NCBI GenBank assembly: GCA_038253645.1
Contig: JBBSGY010000001.1
Coordinates: forward strand, 1-29,217
Direction of reading: 5' to 3'
DNA length: 29,217 bases
Source: Acidimicrobiales bacterium
GTDB taxonomy: Bacteria; Actinomycetota; Acidimicrobiia; Acidimicrobiales; JBBSGY01
Both the position numbers and the translations under genes were made by a program. Below the pieces are notes generated by a model, which did not search any database, was not told where the DNA came from, and was given only the letters and a program-made list of their open reading frames with translations. This document shows positions 24,935-29,217 of the stretch, one piece after another (position 1 is the stretch's first letter; the number at the start of each line of letters is the position of its first letter).

Positions 24935-24967
24935 TTTGGACAGGCTACGCGTTAGTTTCACGGGTAC

Positions 24968-25663
24968 ATGACGGACGAACTTCACTCTCATCACCCAAAT
25001 GTCGGCGGCGGTCCCGTTCGGGCGGCGGTTTTCGGCATCAGCGACGGCCTGGTTTCGAACGTGTCGCTCGTTCTCGGCGTTGCCGGTGCCAGCTCGACCG
25101 CGAGCGTTGTTCGTCTTGCGGGTCTTGCGGGTCTCATCGCCGGAGCCTGTTCGATGGCTGCGGGTGAATACGTCTCGATGAAGGCTCAGACCGAGTTGTT
25201 GGAACACGAACTAAAGCGTGAGCAACACGAGCTTGCTCATCGGCCAGAGTTCGAGCGTCGCGAACTCATCTCGATCTACGAAGCACGTGGTGTGAGTCAC
25301 GACACCGCCGTGCTCGTGACCGACGAATTGATGAGCAGCCCGGAGCAGGCTCTTGAAACCCATGCGCGTGAGGAAATGGGCGTCGACCCGAACAATTTGG
25401 GTTCGCCGATTGGTGCAGCCGTATCGTCCTTTATCGCGTTTTGTATCGGTGCAATAGTCCCGCTGGCTCCGTGGTTCTTCGGGAGTGGAACTGCTGCCGT
25501 ACTCGCGTCGATCATGCTGACGGTGGTTTCGGCGATCATCATTGGCGCAACGCTTGCAAACTTCAGCGGTCGCTCGCCCATTCGCGGCGCGCTGCGCCAG
25601 CTAGTATTGACCTCAGCCGCCGCCGCTGTCACCTACGCAATCGGCTCATTACTTGGTACGTAG
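24968..25663 (+). CDS. VIT1/CCC1-family Fe/Mn transporter
   Basis: RAAVFGISDGLVS, AGACSMAAGEYVS, EELxxIY-like ERRELISIY, HAREEMG and GAIVPLAP. Confidence 0.92.
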   Translation: MTDELHSHHPNVGGGPVRAAVFGISDGLVSNVSLVLGVAGASSTASVVRLAGLAGLIAGACSMAAGEYVSMKAQTELLEHELKREQHELAHRPEFERRELISIYEARGVSHDTAVLVTDELMSSPEQALETHAREEMGVDPNNLGSPIGAAVSSFIAFCIGAIVPLAPWFFGSGTAAVLASIMLTVVSAIIIGATLANFSGRSPIRGALRQLVLTSAAAAVTYAIGSLLGT

Positions 25664-25722
25664 GTTCGGGGGCCCTTAGCTTCGGAGGGACTTAGCTTCG
25701 GAGGGCCCCTAGTTTCGGAAAG
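25659..25722. repeat. 4 x ~16-bp tandem repeat starting on the VIT stop codon
   Basis: cgtaggttcgggggc (contains TAG), cttagcttcggaggg x2 (25675, 25691) and cctagtttcggaaag (25708). Confidence 0.75.
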
Positions 25723-25933
25723 TCCTTAAACCAGGTACGAGATGAGCGGAGTGTGGGCGTCTTTCGACATGTGTGTAGATGTTGCCCTGGCAGGGTGTTG
25801 CGTACACACAGTTCCGGAATGAGGGCTTTCCGATTTTTCGGGCTGAGCATTTTGTCCGACATCGGGCGACTGTGATGAGTAAGTTCTCGCCTGGACAGTG
25901 CAACTGCGGCGCGACTGGCGTGGGGGACATCGA

Positions 25934-28900
25934 ATGCTCGACGGTAGCGGTTCATCAAACAGGTTCAGTGCGTTGCGCACGCTTGGGCTCGCACTTGGGC
26001 TCGTACTCGTTACGAGCACAATGCAGCTTGTGATCTCGGCGGAGCTGGCGATCGCGGCGCCGCTGTATGTGCAGTCAAAAGCCACGACGGCAGACTCGAG
26101 CGGACCGACGATTGCTGCAACGTTCTCGTCGTCCAATGTCGCAGGAAACGCGATCGCGGCGATCGTTGCATTTGACGATCGCTCGTCCACAATTTTCAAT
26201 TGCGCAGATTCCAAGGGCGACGTATTCAGCAACACGGCAATCGTGCACAACACGACGAATCACGAAATGCTCGGAGTTTGTTATGCCGTGAATGTGATCG
26301 GCGGATCGTCAAATACTCTGACAGTCACATTTGGGGCATCTTCTACGTACAGACGAGTCATCGCGGCTGAATATTCGGGTGTTGCAACGGCGAGCCCGGT
26401 CGACGCCACCTCTACGAACTGGAGCGCAACCGGTTCGAGCACAGCGAACGGCGTGACCAGCAATGCAGCCACCACAACTATCAGCAATGATTTGATCATT
26501 GGTGGCGTGGCCGACGCCGTGAGTACAACAACAATTGTGGCCGGCACGGGCTACACGCAGCGAGCCTCGCTCAATAACAAAGACTTCGCATTGCAAGACA
26601 AGGTTCAATCGGCTGCCGGCTCAGTGGCGTCAACACAAACGTTCGGTAGCGCCCAGTCTTATGCGGCGAACATGGTTGCGTTCAAGCCGGCCGGTTCGCC
26701 GGCGCCGCCGTCAACTCCAACTTATGTGCAGTCGCAAGGCACGACATCTAACTCAAGTTCATCGAGCATTGCCGCCGCGTTCACATCTGCTAATACCGCA
26801 ACGAATGCGATTGGCGTGATTATTGCGTTCGATGACCACGCAACGACGGCCTTCAATTGTTCGGACTCGAAGGGAAATACGTACACAACGGCCTCAACGG
26901 TTCGTAATACTACCAATCACGAAGTGCTTGGCGCGTGTTATGCGGTGAACGTTCTAAGTGGCACCAATACGGTGACGGTCACTTTTGGTGCTTCATCTAC
27001 ATACCGTCGCGTCATTGCAGCCGAGTATTCAGGCGTAGCAACTTCAAATCCGGTAGACGTTACATCGACCAACTGGAACGCATCAGGATCGAGCGCGACA
27101 AATGGCGTAACAAGCAACGCTGTTTCGACAACGACGAATGGTGACCTCATCATTGGTGGCGTCGTTGACGCAGTGAGTACAACAACAATTGCGGCCGGCA
27201 CGGGCTACACACAGCGAGCCTCGCTCAATAACAAAGACTTTGCATTGCAAGACAAGGTTCAATCGACTGCCGGCTCCGTGGCGTCAACACAAACATTCGG
27301 CAACGCCCAGTCTTATGCGGCGAACATGGTTGCGTTCAAGCCGGCTGTGGCAACGTCGCCAAGTGCAACTTTCACGGCAACTCCAAGTTCGGGTGACCTT
27401 CCGTTGCCTGTCGCGGTCGACGCCTCTGCATCGGTCGCGGCAGCCGGCTCGACAATAACCGGCTACTCGTGGAATTTCGGAGACGGCGGAACGGCCACAG
27501 GTGCCACTGCGAACCACACGTTTGCGAGCCGTGGAACATTCACGATCACACTGACGCTGACGGCAAGTAACGGAACGACGGCGACGACAACCAGGACTGT
27601 TACGACTTACAACCAACCGACCGCAAGTGTTACCGAGTCACCGAGTTCGGGCCTTGCTCCGTTGAGCGTCTTGTTCAATGCGAACGGGTCCACCGCGGAC
27701 ACCGGAACGATCACCAGCTATGCGTGGGTTTTTGGCGATGGAGCAACCGCCGGCGGATCGAGCATTTCGCATACATTCACGAACCCCGGCACATACACGG
27801 TGTCATTGACGGTCACTGACAATCGTGGTGGAACCAACACGACGACGAACTCCGTGTCCGCGTTTGGAGCGCCTACAGCCCGATTTACATACTCACCGTC
27901 ATCGGGTGACCTCCCTCTTCCTGTCTCATTCGATGGTTCGACCTCGTCTGCCAATGGTGCTGCCTCGATCACGGGTTACTCGTGGAACTTCGGCGATGGA
28001 GCGGCGGCAACCGGGGCAACTTCATTGCATACCTTTGCAACGAACGGTGCATTCTCCGTGTCGCTCACTGTCACCGACAACAACGCGCAGACATCGACAA
28101 CGACACACAACATCGACGTGTATGCACGTCCAACGGCTGCATTCGACGTCACGGCACCTCGTGGAACAACTCCGCTTCAGGCGAATGCAAGTGCCGCCGC
28201 GTCGACTGCGGCGCACGGAACCATCACGGGCTACGCGTGGAACTTTGGCGACGGCCAGACGGCAGCCGGCGTGTCACAAACACACAGCTACGCAGCTGCG
28301 GGCACATACACGATATCGCTGGCGGTCACGGACTCGCAGGGTGGCACGAGCACCATTACGCACCCTGTCACGGTGTACGCAGCGCCTACCGCGCGAATCG
28401 TGTCGAGTGCGACCTCTGGAGCCGCGCCGGTCAATATCGTCTTCGATGCTTCAACTTCGACAGCGCCGAGCCCGGCGACGATTATAAGCTACGCGTGGGA
28501 CTTCGGAGACGGGCAAACCGGCACCGGCGTATCTGTAACTCATACGTATGCAACGGTGGGCACGTACGCGGCAACGCTCGCCGTGACCGACAGCAACAGT
28601 GACGTTTCGACTAGTCAACAAGTCATCACAGTTACAGCGCCGAGCTCTTACGCAACGGCTGTGCGAGCAGATGGACCAGCGAGGTACTACCGCTTCGGCG
28701 AGCCGTCCGGCACCGTGGCCATCGATTCGTCCAGCACTCCTGTGAACGGAACGTACAACAGTGGAGTGACCGTAGGTCAGGCCGGAGCGATAGCGAACGA
28801 TGCAAACACGTCGATTGCAACGAATGATGCCGGTTACGCGGCGAGTGCGGATGCAGCAGGACTTCCTTCGGGTGCAACGGCGCGGAGTATTGAGGTCTGG

Positions 28901-29217
28901 TTCCGTACGACCGAGACCTACAACACCTACTCGGCTATCGGCGGATACGGCGACTTCACACTCGAGTACGCGCGTGATGGAAACGGAACGCATCTCGGTG
29001 TCAGCGAACACCCTGATGCGTCGAGCCCGTACTTGGAGAGCTTCACCCCATATCTGATCAATGATGGAAGATGGCATTTCGCTACGGTTACGTACGAGAA
29101 CGGAAGTACGCGCATTTATCTGGACGGCGCGGCGCTGTCGTCGCGCGACGGCTACAGCATTGCGGGCACAGCTACGTCTGGTCAGATGGTGCATGCGAAC
29201 ATCAACGGTGGTCTCGA
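25934..29217 (+). CDS. Large secreted surface protein: two ~215-aa repeats, five PKD domains and a LamG/concanavalin-like domain; partial
   Basis: ggggga SD before ATG 25934, then a signal peptide. Frame 2 stays open to the window edge. Five WxFGDG motifs (~27470, 27725, 27982, 28238, 28496), then YYRFGEPSG...SIEVWF...NDGRWHFATVTY...IYLDG. Missed by the ORF track because there is no stop. Confidence 0.9.
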   Translation, partial: MLDGSGSSNRFSALRTLGLALGLVLVTSTMQLVISAELAIAAPLYVQSKATTADSSGPTIAATFSSSNVAGNAIAAIVAFDDRSSTIFNCADSKGDVFSNTAIVHNTTNHEMLGVCYAVNVIGGSSNTLTVTFGASSTYRRVIAAEYSGVATASPVDATSTNWSATGSSTANGVTSNAATTTISNDLIIGGVADAVSTTTIVAGTGYTQRASLNNKDFALQDKVQSAAGSVASTQTFGSAQSYAANMVAFKPAGSPAPPSTPTYVQSQGTTSNSSSSSIAAAFTSANTATNAIGVIIAFDDHATTAFNCSDSKGNTYTTASTVRNTTNHEVLGACYAVNVLSGTNTVTVTFGASSTYRRVIAAEYSGVATSNPVDVTSTNWNASGSSATNGVTSNAVSTTTNGDLIIGGVVDAVSTTTIAAGTGYTQRASLNNKDFALQDKVQSTAGSVASTQTFGNAQSYAANMVAFKPAVATSPSATFTATPSSGDLPLPVAVDASASVAAAGSTITGYSWNFGDGGTATGATANHTFASRGTFTITLTLTASNGTTATTTRTVTTYNQPTASVTESPSSGLAPLSVLFNANGSTADTGTITSYAWVFGDGATAGGSSISHTFTNPGTYTVSLTVTDNRGGTNTTTNSVSAFGAPTARFTYSPSSGDLPLPVSFDGSTSSANGAASITGYSWNFGDGAAATGATSLHTFATNGAFSVSLTVTDNNAQTSTTTHNIDVYARPTAAFDVTAPRGTTPLQANASAAASTAAHGTITGYAWNFGDGQTAAGVSQTHSYAAAGTYTISLAVTDSQGGTSTITHPVTVYAAPTARIVSSATSGAAPVNIVFDASTSTAPSPATIISYAWDFGDGQTGTGVSVTHTYATVGTYAATLAVTDSNSDVSTSQQVITVTAPSSYATAVRADGPARYYRFGEPSGTVAIDSSSTPVNGTYNSGVTVGQAGAIANDANTSIATNDAGYAASADAAGLPSGATARSIEVWFRTTETYNTYSAIGGYGDFTLEYARDGNGTHLGVSEHPDASSPYLESFTPYLINDGRWHFATVTYENGSTRIYLDGAALSSRDGYSIAGTATSGQMVHANINGGL
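26060..27346. repeat. Internal ~650-bp duplication (two beta-rich domains)
   Basis: Copies at 26060-26692 and 26717-27346, offset 657 then 654 bp (one codon indel). Both run YVQS...AFKPA. Confidence 0.95.

Noticed and set aside
22658-25207. Long N-terminal extensions of menG (23416), the membrane gene (23951) and rlmN (25207) in the ORF track
   Set aside because: The extensions overlap real neighbouring genes; coupled or leaderless starts at 23347, 23867 and 24934 fit better.
26513-27345. Diversity-generating retroelement TR/VR pair
   Set aside because: Mismatches are not adenine-specific (5 of 9 have A in one copy; 7 of 9 are transitions, mostly synonymous), both copies are in-frame coding, and no reverse transcriptase is in the window.

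Overview
A 29.2-kb chromosomal window from a moderately GC-rich actinomycete, most plausibly class Acidimicrobiia. This is inferred from a type-2 IleRS, the proteasome activator Bpa, a Streptomyces-like ileS<-/->ddbA-lspA-rluD...dnaE order and pervasive leaderless starts. The backbone is housekeeping: ileS (partial), a DdbA-like histone/DksA fusion, lspA, rluD, an Rrf2 regulator, a nucleotide pyrophosphatase, bpa, dnaE, menB/menE/menA/menG, a DAGK-family kinase, yyaL, rpsT, rlmN and a VIT1 transporter. The two edge genes (ileS and a >1,090-aa PKD/LamG surface protein) are missing from the ORF track because they run off the window. About a quarter of the DNA encodes five uncharacterised secreted or surface proteins. 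The best candidate new system is a two-gene WxL/DUF916-like (Csc-like) surface complex at 17.3-19.6 kb, with a MITE-like element at its downstream edge. Other unexplained structure includes a secreted SH3-like/Cys-repeat/SH3-like protein, a 2H phosphoesterase inside the men cluster, two copies of a 45-bp REP-like palindrome beside men genes, recurrent tandem arrays on stop codons, and an apparent gene-conversion tract in the large surface protein. All family calls come from motif reading, not database searches.
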